Under the pieces are notes generated by a model that worked only from the letters and a program-made list of their open reading frames with translations, ran no database searches and was not told where the DNA came from. A program made the translations under genes and the position numbers. Shown one piece after another: positions 15,292 to 28,059 of a stretch of 64,000 bases of DNA; the stretch's first letter is position 1; the number at the start of each line of letters is the position of its first letter. Origin of the DNA: Macrostomum lignano (Eukaryota); the NCBI GenBank assembly GCA_002269645.1, contig NIVC01002949.1:65006-129005 (forward strand), in the 5' to 3' direction.

Positions 15292-16912
15292 CCTGTGCGA
15301 CTCGAATATAATGAGTTATCTCCGCTTTCCATGTCTGGCGCGGCTGTCTATGGTGCAAACCCTCTTCGGATTCCAAGGGTGCCTAGTAGAATAGGCGCGA
15401 TTGTTATATCGCTGAGACTGAGGCTTACGATGGTCTCAAGGCGAGCTCGAGTCACGGCCGAGTCGGCATAGTCGAGTCATAAAATCCAGATTTAGATTAG
15501 CTTTGGTTGAAGCTAATTGATCAAACTGTTATTTGCTATTATCTTAATTATTTGCTATTTTTGTACGAGCTATTAAATACATGTTTGCCTTCTGAAGACA
15601 CTTTTGCTTTACGTTACTTAAATTTACGAAATGGTGCATCATATATGCCAACAAGCCTGCATTATCTATATAATGGTCCTGACAGCAAGCCCATTTTCTA
15701 GATAATGGTCCAGTGATACTTGAGTGTGGTCATAGACAAGCCCATTCCCGAAAAATGTGGACCATTATAATACGAGCTTTTAATTTTGGCGTAAGTGGGG
15801 TTTACAGTAGTTTAATAGGTTAGTCTTTGGTTTTTTGGTCGGTAGATTTAATCAGCACCGAATTTAAACCTATAGAATTTTTTCTCTATCTCGCTAAAAT
15901 AGTCTATAGCCTAATCCGAGTCAACACATATCTCCAAGAACCAAAGCTCCACCTTGTTAGTGTAGCGAAAAAGCCCTTTGGTGAAAAGCCTCGTTCTTCT
16001 GCTAAAGTAATATTACATGTAATTCATATAATTTAATTCAATTTCAAATTCATGTAATTCTACTTCACCAGATCTGGGAGCAGCCAAAGTTCTAAGCACT
16101 GTTGGGAGCTGTTATAGCTGGTATTTGAGGATTGAAGAAGCAAATGAAATCAGTCTCAATCCCCAGGCAATAATTTTCCAGTCTTTTTGGATATTCTATC
16201 GTATAATATTCTGTAAAGAAGCTTGCTAAAATATGATAAATATCTATGCTACTGTATCTCTCCAAGTAATGTCTTTAATTAAAAAGTTTATTTTATCACA
16301 GCGAAAACTTAAAATGATGTGAAGGAATGGATTCAAAAAACTAGAAGACACCGATTTTTCTTAGAACTGCGCTTTAAAGTTTCGTTGTCCTATCCTATCG
16401 CTTACCGCTATCGGTTGATTGACGTTTGTTTATTATTACTGGTAAGCCTAATCCTGATAACATTAACCTGCTTCACACAAGCTTAGGCCTATAGAGATCG
16501 CTCACTGAAGTTTAGGCTTACGAGTATTATCCTTTTAGAAACATGACTAAATTGGTATGACTGGTTAGAATGTAAATGTAACAATCGATAGGTCCATTTT
16601 TATTTAAAGCTTTCACTCACTCACTAGTAGGATTTTAATAATCAAGAATTAGGCCTAACGCCTAACATGCAAAGAACACATGCAAACACCCACCTCAGTT
16701 GCGACTTGCCCAAGAACAAAACCGAGATAAGATTGATTTGTTGATTGATTGATTGATTGAAATGTAAATTGATTTTAAATTAATAATAGAATGTTTGTTA
16801 CTGTATATTATACTGTATAAGTGGTCAGCAAAAAATCTTAATAATAGACAGTAGACCATTTAATACTAGGGCCTAATACTATTAGTTAATACACTTATGG
16901 TAGACAATGGAT

Positions 16913-17953
16913 GGGTGCAGCCGAAATCGTCATATTCAAAATCGTCATATGATGATGACAACTTGAACAAATCTCGAAGACTTAAACATTTAAATATGAC
17001 AACTTTGACCAAAGGCAAGGGTGTATTAATTTTGGATTTTTCTACCTTCAGGCAAAAATCCCTTGCATATGCACCTGTAATTTTTATATTAACTGTGTCA
17101 ATTAATGCTGATTCACCCCTGATTGCTACATCAGCAATCAGGGTCGGCATTGCGTTCACGCGAATTAATCTGGAGAAATCACGCAGACGAATCACAATGT
17201 AATTTTCTTTCTCCTGCTTACTCCAACAGCCGGGTTCTCAAGTCTAATAAATCTAATAAAACTATAAAATAAAACTAACAAGTCTAAAGTGCGCAAAACT
17301 AATAAATAAATTTGAACTAAACTGTCAAATGCAAAAGGAAAAAGACAAGAAAAAGAAAAAGGAAAAGGGGGTTGAAAATTAGGCGGCACATCAAGGCAGT
17401 ATAAATATTAAAAAAAGGAGGTTACAATCAACGGGTGGAGGTGCCGCTGGACACACTACTGGACCAAAAATCCCATGCGTGGAGACTATCAATGGAATGG
17501 CTCACAAACATGCAAGCAACAAAATTAAAACAAAAGTTTTGACCAAGACCTACTTTTCCAACCAAAGGAAGAACAGAACAATTTCTGGAATCTCCAGTCA
17601 ACGGAAATGTGACAAAAATTGAACAATGAGCGGACAAAAATTAAACGTTTGTAGCAGTTTTCCTTTTAAATGAGTTATTAAAGTAATGGTTATTAGTTCA
17701 AATATCAATTAAGTGGCACCCGACTGCCATACATGACTACTGAGAATACACTGTAAATTGTTTTAATTTGTTGGCAAACAAGAACACACTGCCACCATGA
17801 GCTAAGATCCTTTCGCAGCCAATGCAACACAATATGAGGATTTAGTGAATGCAGCATTGTCCAATACTGAGATGATGATGATTTAGATAATTTAGTTGTT
17901 TTTCTCGTAAGCCGCAGATGACGATCTCAAATATGACGACTTCGGCTGGAACC
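16913..17953. mobile_element. Non-autonomous DNA transposon, about 36-bp TIRs, 8-bp TSD (Merlin- or Mutator-like)
   Basis: Left gggtgcagccgaaatcgtcatattcaaaatcgtcat; right reverse complement ggttccagccgaagtcgtcatatttgagatcgtcat; caatggat at 16905-16912 and 17954-17961. Confidence 0.75.
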
Positions 17954-19503
17954 CAATGGATGACATATATGACTTATCAATGCATTGCATATAGGACCTT
18001 TAAGTTTAAGTGGCAATGATACTATGACTAAAAGGCCAAGTTTTGTTTTAAAAGTTATATAATTACCTTTATAATGTTATATTATTGCTACAGTTTAAAA
18101 AATTGGCTACCTTCTAATAGCTAAGCTAGGCCCCACTGTTACTTTTGGCCTTATCTTTATGTTTTATTAAATCTACAAAGATTCATTGCTATCATAATCA
18201 TACATGCCTAACTTCAAAGTTTCACCTAGTCTTAGCTGTGTGACTTACTTTTTTGACCAAAAATGCAACTTAATTACCTATCAAAGAACCTTAAAGCAAA
18301 GATTAACATAAATTTAAGTAAATAGAAAGATTAATAATAATTTTATTGCAAAGGCTAAATCAAATGTTTTGTTATCTAAGTAGTACTATGCATGTATTTT
18401 TTGGTCAGTAACTTGCAACTTACCTTGGCTAGACCTTTTGCCACCTAGTCAAATTGGTTAGGTTAGCTGGTTGTTAAGCATAGGGCCTATATGATTGCTA
18501 TTGATAATTTTTTAGATATATAAATAAATTAGCTAGGCTATCTTGTAGCATTTTGCATAAATCTTTCTTGTTTAAAATTTTATTTAAATAATCTAAAAAG
18601 CTTACTAGAGAACTATTAAAGCATTCAAACAGAAGAACAGAATTCACCATCTCAGTATATTATAACATTATAAATATATTATAATTTAGCCTATTTTTGT
18701 TCCCAGGTTAGTTGATAAGGTACCCACTATCTAATAGGCTAAAATCTTGCTTAGATAAAGCTAAACCATAGCTAGCCTTTGTAAGCCTAGTTGGGAAAGT
18801 GGCTTAGCACATGTTGAAAAAATTTAAGAGGATAATGTTTATAGTCTCACATTAGTATTTAGTCTATTACATTAAAATAACTATATAGTATGATATAACC
18901 CTTGACTATAATTGATAATTAGTATAAAACAGTCTAGTGCATAGCATAAACTCAATTTTATAGAGCCTAAAGAATTGTTCTAATGCATATTTTAATTTTT
19001 AACTTTAAAAAATGCTAGCTGGTATCCTAAATTTGGACTCAGGGTACCAAATTGCTCTATTATTTTGATTTTTGGAAACAATATATTGAATTCTATATAT
19101 CACAACTTGGGAAAATAGGTTAAATATACTATCAAGCATTTTTATATAGTACTGACTATATAAAAGTTGTATTAGCAAAAAGTTATATAACCACTTATGG
19201 CAAGATCATGTCTATCATATTTCTGGGTATATCTTTAATAAAAACATTTCAAAAATTGATTTGAGTATACATTATGTTTTTATAAGTCAAAGTTGTGAAT
19301 CTATATTCATCTAAATATAGAGCATACTGTTTTAAAGTATGGTCTCATTAATGTTATACAAGCATATGCAGTGCAAAGCAAAAGCTTGATCTGTCTGTCA
19401 TTTGTTGATATTTTTGGCAGAAACTCAGACAATTCAAATGGATTATTTAACTTAGACTCTATTCACTGTACCAAACTTGCAGTAGCCAGCAGCTAAGGGG
19501 CTA

Positions 19504-22500
19504 ATGGACGCATTCTCAGTTGACCTGGATGCCGCCCTGGACCAGCTTGAGGCTGAAATGGCTGGAGCCAATCAACAGCCTATGCAATCAATGCTACTAG
19601 ATAGTAGTACAAGCCGCGAATTGTCTTCTGATGCATCAAAGTTTCCGACTGCTTCCAGTTCAAATTCTGCTAGCGCAGCCAATGGAGACTGCAATGGACA
19701 GGCCCACAGTGCAACCAGTGTCACCATAGTTTACGCCCAGCAACCAACAGGTAAATTTTCTTGTGGGCTTAAGAGCTCTTTGTTTGTCAGTGTAGCGGAA
19801 AGATGGTTTCCATCCTTTTTACAGCGTAGCTTAAGCGGTGGAAGCCTTTGTATGCACAGTGCAATATTCTCAATCCTTTTTGCCATCTTATTTTCAGCCT
19901 TGCCAAACAGCAGTGACAATAGTGTACAGCAATGGCAACCTGAACTTAGATGGCCTCAAGCCGTGCATTCGCAGTCTAATACATTCGACAGTTTTTTAGT
20001 GGACTCAGCACCGGTTAGTGAGCCTGTGGATTCAGCACCAGTCAGTGAGCCTGTGGACTCAGCACCGGTCAGTGAGCCTGTGGATTCAGCACCAGTCAGT
20101 GAGCCTGTGGATTCAGCACCGGTCAGTGAGTCTGTGGATTCAGCACCGGTCAGTGAGTCTGTGGATTCAGCACCGGTCAGTGAGCATGTGGGTGTGGATT
20201 CAGCACCGGTCAGTGAGTCTGTGGATTCAGCACCAGTCAGTGAGCCTGTGGATTCAGCACCAGTCAGTGAGCCTGTGGATTCAGCACCAGTCAGTGAGCC
20301 TGTGGATTCAGCACCAGTCAGTGAGCCTGTAGAGTCAGCACCGGTCAGTGAGCCTGTGGATTCAGCACCGGTCAGTGAGCATGTGGGTGTGGATTCAGCA
20401 CCGGTCAGTGAGCCTGTGGACTCAGCACCAGTCAGTGAGTCTGTGGATTCAGTACCGGTCAGTGAGCCTGTGGATTCAGCACCGGTCAGTGAGCATGTGG
20501 GTGTGGATTCAGCACCGGTCAGTGAGCATGTGGGTGTGGATTCAGCACCAGTCAGTGAGCCTGTGGATTCAGCACCGGTCAGTGAGCCTGTGGATTCAGC
20601 ACCAGTCAGTGAGCCTGTGGATTCAGCACCAGTCAGTGAGCCTGTGGATTCAGCACCAGTCAGTGAGCCTGTGGATTCAGCACCAGTCAGTGAGCATGTG
20701 GATGTGGATTCAGCACCGGTCAGTGAGCCTGTGGACTCAGCACCAGTCAGTGAGCATGTGGATTCAGCACCGGTCATTGAGCGTGTGGATGTGGACTCAG
20801 CACCGGTCAGTGAGTCTGTGGGCTTAGCACCGGTCAGTGCTCTAACCAGTGACATAGCTCCAGTGGATTCAGCACCGGTCAGTGCTCCTGCCTATTCAGC
20901 ACCGGTCAGTGCTCCTGCCTATTCAGCACCGGTCAGTGCTCCTGCCTATTCAGCACCGGTCAGTGCTCCTGCTTATTCAGCACCGGTCAGTGCTCCTGCC
21001 TATTCAGCACCGGTCAGTGCTCCTGCCTATTCAGCACCGGTCAGTGCTCCTGCCTATTCAGCACCGGTCAGTGCTCCTGCCTATTCAGCACCGGTCAGTG
21101 CTCCTGCCTATTCAGCACCGGTCAGTGCTCCTGCCTATTCAGCACCGGTCAGTGCTCCTGCTTATTCAGCACCGGTCAGTGCTCCTGCCTATTCAGCACC
21201 GGTCAGTGCTCCTGCCTATTCAGCACCGGTCAGTGCTCCTGCCTATTCAGCACCGGTCAGTGCTCCTGCCTATTCAGCACCGGTCAGTGCTCCTGCTTAT
21301 TCAGCACCAGTCAGTGCTCCTGCCTATTCAGCACCGGTCAGTGCTCCTGCCTATTCAGCACCGGTCAGTCTTGCGAATTCAACAGCCGTCAATGCCTTAT
21401 TGAGTGCTCCAATGGATTCCTCACTGCTCAGTGATCCTGTGTCTACATCAGTGCCAAATGCTTCAGCCGGCGCACCTGCCGAGGAAGAATCAGCATTAAA
21501 CAATAATTTGGCAGCCCCAGCGAATACCAGCAAGGCAATTAATAACCTGGCGAACTCTGCAGCTGTTGCCAGTCCTTCCACCAGTGCTTCTAACAGTCTG
21601 GCTGAAGCATCGTCGAATCCAACTTCGCTAGTGTCTTCTATTCGATTTGCCGACCTGGCCAAGGGCCTGCCGGAGCTCACCGAGGCCGATCTTGAGCTGA
21701 TACTCGAGCAGGAGCCTGCGCAACCTACTCAGCAATCAGCAGTTCTGCAGTCTCAATGGTCTATATCTAACTACCAAGACTACGCGGAACAAGACGAGCA
21801 GACTAGCAGCTTCAATCCAATGTACGGTCTAGTTGGCGGCGCCGGTTGCTTAGCAACTGAGGCCGCCGTTTCGTCGTCTCAAATTGCCGATTCGAACCCC
21901 GGCACTGTTGTCGGCGGAGGCGGTTTGAACCCGATGTACAGTCTGCAGGAGGAGCGGCAGCAGCCGGCCAGTCTGGGCGCCACTGGCGGCGGTGTGACGT
22001 CGCCTCCCAGTCCGCCGCCGCCGCCGCAGCAGCTGACGGACGCCGCGGAGTCGGACGCGGAGGCCGAGCTGCAGACTGACTTGCCGTCTCAGAATGACGT
22101 CGCGGAGGACGTCGCGGAATCCGAGACTCCGCCGCAGCAGCAGCCGCTTGGCTCGGTAAAGCCGGCTTGGATTCCCGACAGCGAAGCGCCAGTTTGCATG
22201 CAGTGCGAAGCTCGCTTCACCGTGCTGCGCCGGCGGCACCACTGCCGCGCCTGCGGCCGCGTGTTCTGCGCTAACTGCGCTGCCTACACTGCCAGGCTGG
22301 CCTTCTTAGACAACGACAAGGCGCGAGTGTGCGCCGTCTGCTACCAGGAGCTGATCAGGCTGGAGTCCAATCCGGAGGCTCGGTCCGTCAGTCAGCAGCC
22401 GCCAGTCAGTGTGCTGAAGTCGACGAGGTCGCAGGGTGAGACCAAAATACTTTGGCCTGTTTTTAATATGGACGAAAGTTTTTCTATCAGATGCTTGATT

Positions 22501-25500
22501 TTTAGATAAGGCTCAGTTGCTTCCAAGGAAACGCCTGATTTCCTAAACAAGGCTGTCTCCTAGAAAATGATTGTTTAGAAAGGGTTGGCTGTTTCCTAGA
22601 AAATTGTTAATTGAAGAGGCTTAGCTGTTTCCTAGACTACGATTGATTGAAAACGCTTGGCTATTTCCTAGAAAACGTTTGCTTTCCTAAACAAGGCTTG
22701 GTTGTCTCTTAGAAAATGGTTAATTGGAAGGCTTGTCTGTTTCCTAGAAAATGGTAAATGGAAGAGGCTTGGCTGTTTCCTAGAAAATGGTTATTGGAAG
22801 AGGCTTGGCAGTTTCCTAGAAATGGTTATTGGAAGAGGCTTGGCTGTTTCCTAGAAAATGGTAAATGGAAGAGGCTTGGCTGTTTCCTAGAAAATGGTTA
22901 TTGGAAGAGGCTTGGCTGTTTCCTAGAAATGGTTATTGGAAGAGGCTTGGCTGTTTCCTATAAAATGGTTATTGGAAGAGGCTAGGCTGTTTCCTAGAAA
23001 TGTTTATTGGAAGAGGCTAGGCTGTTTCCTAGAAATAGTTAACAGAAAAGGCTAGGCTTTTTCCTAGAAATGGTTAACAGAAGAGGCTTGGTTGTTTCCA
23101 AGAAATGGTTATTTGAAGAGGCTTGGCTGTTTCCTAGAAATGGTTAACAGAAGAGGCTTGGCTGTTTCCTAGAAATGGTTAACAGAAGAGGCTTGGCTGT
23201 TTCCTAGAAATAATTAACAGAAGAGGCTTGGTTGTTTCCTAGAAATGGTTATTTGAAGAGGCTTGGCTGTTTCCTAGAAATGGTTATTGGAAGAGGCTTG
23301 GCTGTTTCCTAGAAATGGTTATTGGAAGAGGCTTGGCTGTTTCCTAGAAATGGTTATTGGAAGAGGCTTGGCTGTTTCCTAGAAATGGTTAATTGAAAAG
23401 GCTTGATTGTTTTCTAGAAAACGATTGATTGAAAACGCTTTGTTTTTCCTAGAAATCAGTTGATTGACAATGCTTAGTTGTTTCCTAGAAAATGGTTGAT
23501 CGACAATGCTGATTTCCCAGACAAGATCACAGATAGTTCACTCTTGTTTAGATTTTTGCAACTACTCTTTGGTTAGTAGCGTGAACGAACATGGATGCGT
23601 CAAACAGCAGTGCCTTGCGACAAAATTAATTTTTGGAGCAACTAGCAATTTTTTCTTGCCATGCGCACGCTGACGCTCACCCAAAGAGTAGACACTTTTT
23701 TAAGCCATAGACTATAATACAAAAATGGCTTAACTCAATGCAGAGTGAAATATCTAGTGTTTTATTATCTGTGGACAAGATTTAGTTGCTTCCTAGAAAA
23801 AGATTCTTTTTCTTTGGTTTCTTTAAAAGTTTTTTAACCTAGTTTTTGTTTTATTTTTGTTAAGGCATGCTTTTTTCTATACAATCAGAGTCAAAGCACA
23901 TTACTCTTCTATATATGAAGTTCTCATGTACATAATTAACCCGCAAAGCTATATAGCAGATATATAATCTGTTTGAGAATTTTAGCTGGAAGTCCAGGAA
24001 AAAGAAAGGGCCTTTCGCAGCTACGTAGTCTTAAAGTCACTAACAAATAGGTCATTTTCATTTCAGAAATCAATGTATTTTTCTTTTACTAAGTTGGGTT
24101 CCTTAGTAAGGAACGAATATGGGTTAGGATTTTCTTAGAACTACATGTAGATACAGATTTCCTAGAAATAGACTCGAACTTCCTCACTCCGCAGTTGTTC
24201 GCAGTCGATCGGTCGTATTCAGCGACGGCATCCGTCCTGGCGGCGATCTTCTCGAAGATAACGCGGGTGACGCCGACGATTTTCAAGTCAACGACAGCAC
24301 AGTCGGAGGAGTCGCCGCCGCCGCCGCGGTCTCGTCTTTTCCTGCCGAGTCGTCTTCGTCGTCATCCTCGCTTGAGCCGAGCCTGCTACCGGCCGACTGG
24401 GAGAGCTACCCGCCGCACGAGCCTCTGCCAACCGACGATAGCAACTCCGGCGCCGTCGCTCTGTCGCCTGAAGCTGCTCTGCGGAACGGTGGATCGGTCA
24501 GTGTGTTCGTTTTTAGTGGAGGGGATCTAGAAGGGATATCACAATCCCCCTGCGGGACTGTGATCCCTTCTAGATCCCCGTATGGGACTGTGGTCCCTTC
24601 TAGATCCCCGTGTGGGACTGTGATCCCTTCTAGATCCCCGTGTGGGACTGTGATCCCTTCTAGATCCCCGTATGGGACTGTGGTCCCTTCTAGATCCCCG
24701 TATGGGACTGTGGTCCCTTCTAGATCCCCGTGTGAGACTGTGATCCCTTCTAGATCCCCGTGTGAGACTGTGATCCGTTCTAGATCCCCGTGTGAGACTG
24801 TGATCCCTTCTAGATCCCCGTGTGGGTCTGTGATCCCTTCTAGATCCCCGTGTGAGACTGTGATCCCTTCTAGATCCCTGTGTGAGACTGTGATCCCTTC
24901 TAGATCCCCGTTTGAGACTGTGATCCCTTCTAGATCCCCCTGTGGGCCCCCTGTGCGACTGTGATCCCTTCCAGATTCTGTAGTACGACTGGGTAGTGGT
25001 TAGGACGATGTGGCCTGCCAGCTGGGTGTCGCCGACGGCGCGACGGACCAGGCCGGCGCAGCGATATAGCGCCGTGTTTAGACACTGGACCTCGTTGTCG
25101 ATCTTGAAAGCGGCGCGCAGCCTTCGACACACCCTATACCAGTGTCTAACACTTCTGTGTTGCTGTTTAAGTACTAGTGATCCAACTATTGCCATAGTAG
25201 TCTATCCCACCATCAACAGGTAACCTACCAGGTGACGATGAACATCTCTGCTCAATGCCGCTTAGTCAGTCTGCCCTGCTGCGGCCATCCGTCAGCCTGG
25301 CTGCTGGTCACCCGCGGCCTGGACTCGGTTGGTCAAACCGATTTGCTGCTGCTGCTCAGCCGCCGGCCCCCGGCCATTGACGGCACCGACGAATCCATTC
25401 TGCCACCGTTGCACCTGTTGCACCTGGTCTACGCCGTGTACGAACGCGCCTACGCCGGCTCCTGGGCTCGGCACCTGTCATTTGTTGGCTGGCACGCCGG

Positions 25501-27912
25501 CCGGCCGTTGCTAGGCGACCGTAGCAACGCCGGCTGGTTATTCTTCCGGCCAAGCCGGCTGCACTGCCTCCAGAATTTGGGCATGGAGGCTGACTTGGTC
25601 TGTCGGCAGCTTCTCTGCGGATTGCTAGTGCTCAGGTATGCGGCTGTTATTGTGGGCCACTTGCCACACTGGCAAGTCCATACAGATCCCCATGTTAGAC
25701 TGTGATCCCATCCAGATCCCCACGTTAGTCTTTGACCCCATCCAGATCCCCACGTTAGTCTTTGACCTCATCCAGATCCCCACGTTAGTCTTTGACGCCA
25801 TCCAGATCCCCACGTTAGTCTTTGACCCCATCCAGATCCCCATGTTAGACATTGATTCCACCCAGATCCCCATGTTAAACTGTGATCCCATTCAGATCCC
25901 CATGTTAGACTGTGATCCCATCCAGATTCCCATGTTAGACTGTCATCCCATCCAGATTTCCATGTTAGACTGTCATCCCATCCAGATTCCCATGTTAGAC
26001 TTTTATCTCATCCAGATCCCCTTGTTAGACTGTGATCCATCCCATCCCAATGTTAATCGATTAGGTCTATCTACGAGTAGATCCTCAATTTCCATTCGAT
26101 TTCCATCTCAATTCAACAACAAATCGCAGATGGGAAGCGCCCTGGGCCGAGCTGTTCCCGAGCGCCTGTTGCTGCGCCTTGGCTCCGAGAGCCGCCTCTA
26201 CCCATCGCCGCTGGTCTCCGTGCGCGACCGGGCGCCTGTGTTTGGCGAACTCGGCCGCTCTCTGATTGGCCTGCTGGCCGATTTCCGCAACTTCACTTAC
26301 ACCCTGCCTGCCCCGCCCGGCCTGCGCGTCCATCTGCGCGCCGGCTGCACCTCGGTGCTGTGCCCGACCGCCTCCTACGCCGCCGTGCAGAAGGCGCTGG
26401 CCCAGTGCCAGCCGGACGCCAAGGTGCTGGCATTCGGCGCCGAGTTCAGTCCCTCTGCCGACGCCCATCTGGTGTGCCATCAGAATATGGAAACTGGTGC
26501 GGGTGCCGCGGTTTTGTGAACTTTACTTTGGGTATTAGGGTATTCTTGGGAATTTACATTGCGAATCTCATCTATTTATGGAATGTCTCATGTAGATTTA
26601 AAGATCCAAGACATATTTAGATATTATAGATCCCAAGTAGATCATTGAGATCCCATGTAGATCATAGAGATCCCGTGTAGATCATAGAGATCCCGTGTAG
26701 ATTATTGAGATCCCGTGTAGATTATTGAGATCCCGTGTATATCATTGAGATACCATATAGATCATTGAGATCCCACGTAGATCATTGACATCTCGTTTAG
26801 ATCATTGAGATACCATATAGATCATTGAGATCTTGTGTGGATCATTGAGATCCCATGTAGATCATTGAGATCCCATGTAGATCATTGAGATACCATATAG
26901 ATCATTGAGATTCTGTGTGGATCATTGAGATCCCATGTAGATCATTGAGATCCCATGTAGATCATTGAGATACCATATAGATCATTGAGATTCTGTGTGG
27001 ATCATTGAGATCCCGTGTCGATCATTGAGATCCCGTGTCGATCATTGAGATCCCATGTATATCATCTACAGATATCGGCTATCCTGTTTATTTACCCGTA
27101 GATGTTCAGAATCCGTAGTATGCCCCACACGCCCGTCCCGAATCCCAGGCGACTACTCAACCGAGGCTGTCAGCGCGGAGAGCCGCCAGCTGGCCACCAC
27201 GGCCGGCCTGTTTGTTGTGTTCAACGCTGGTGGCTTCGCAGCCAGCAGGGCCAGCATTGTCGAAGACGGCGTCATGGTGCAGCTGACGGACGCCCAGCTG
27301 ACCCAGCTGATGGACTCGCTGAAGGCCATGCGCAACTGGTCGGCCGTCTGCCAGCAGCCGCAGGCGCAGGCCTCGCTCGGATTCTCGGCTGTACCCGACG
27401 GCAGCGAATTGATCGAATTCCGCTGGCTAGACGACGACGAGACGGACTTCGACGGCGATGACGCCGATGTCAGTCCGATTGATGGCGCCCCGCTGACTGG
27501 CGCCGGGCGCCAGGCGATGCCCATAGCGGCCGGCCAGCAGCAGCGGCAGCGGCAGTCCTGCAGGCGGATCCGGTGGACCCTGGCCAGCCTGCTGCGCGAC
27601 GCCGACCAGACCGATGGCACCCCGGCCGACAGTCTGCGCATTGCGGGACACCTGGCCGGTGCCGTCTGTCAAGCTCTAGATGGGTGCGCCCCGGAGCTCC
27701 TGGCCTACGGTCAGCGGATTCTGGCCGTCCGAGCTCGCCTTGGCCCGGACAGCCTGCACTACGAGGCGGCAGCCAGCGGCGGTGCCACCCTGCTGGCCGA
27801 AGGAGCCGCCGAACGGCTCGACCAGGCGCTTGTGCCGGCGCTCAGCGAGCTGGGCCGCGGCCTGCGATCCGAGCTGGCGCTGGAGCTGCGCTTTGTCTGC
27901 CTGTACGCGTGA
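19504..27912 (+). CDS. ZFYVE9: SARA/endofin-type FYVE-domain protein (ZFYVE9/ZFYVE16 family) with DUF3480 C-terminus; one frameshift
   Basis: Exons 19504-19750, 19898-22435, 24195-24496, 25232-25635, 26130-26496, 27149-27912. N-terminal DLDAALDQLE, FYVE (WIPD...RRRHHCRACGRVFC...RVC), SVVFSDGIRPGG, RLLLRLGSESRLYPSP, LLADFRNFTYTLP, HLVC, SIVEDGVMVQ, SPIDG. A -1 frameshift lies near 26157. Confidence 0.9.
20000..21370 (+). repeat. Coding 27-bp minisatellites: (VDSAPVSEP)~30 then (SAPVSAPAY)~18
   Basis: In frame in exon 2; all unit-length variants are multiples of 3; most substitutions are synonymous (gac/gat, ccg/cca, gcc/gct). Confidence 0.85.
22560..23500. repeat. 35-bp intronic minisatellite
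   Basis: Unit gaagaggcttggctgtttcctagaaatggttattg in intron 22436-24194. Confidence 0.93.
24530..24975. repeat. 30-bp intronic minisatellite
   Basis: Unit tagatccccgtgtgagactgtgatcccttc. Confidence 0.95.
25680..26040. repeat. 30-bp intronic minisatellite homologous to 24530-24975
   Basis: Unit cagatccccatgttagactgtgatcccatc. Confidence 0.93.
26620..27065. repeat. 20-bp intronic minisatellite
   Basis: Unit atcattgagatcccatgtag. Confidence 0.95.
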
Positions 27913-28059
27913 TGGACTATCGTTGGATGTCTTTGTTAATGGCTGCTAGCCATCTCGAACCCGAAATTTCTTATCCCAGATTGTCATTCTGATCCTTGCT
28001 ATCAACCTGATCATAGATTGTAATTATCATCTCATATTCCTACCCAGTCCTTCAGATTC

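Noticed and set aside
19504-22509. 1001-aa single-exon protein as given by the ORF track
   Set aside because: It reads through intron 19751-19897 and past the donor at 22436; it is exons 1-2 of the SARA gene
26150-26165. Programmed -1 ribosomal frameshift in SARA
   Set aside because: No X XXY YYZ slippery site; same indel pattern recurs in the GPCR, pointing to sequence error
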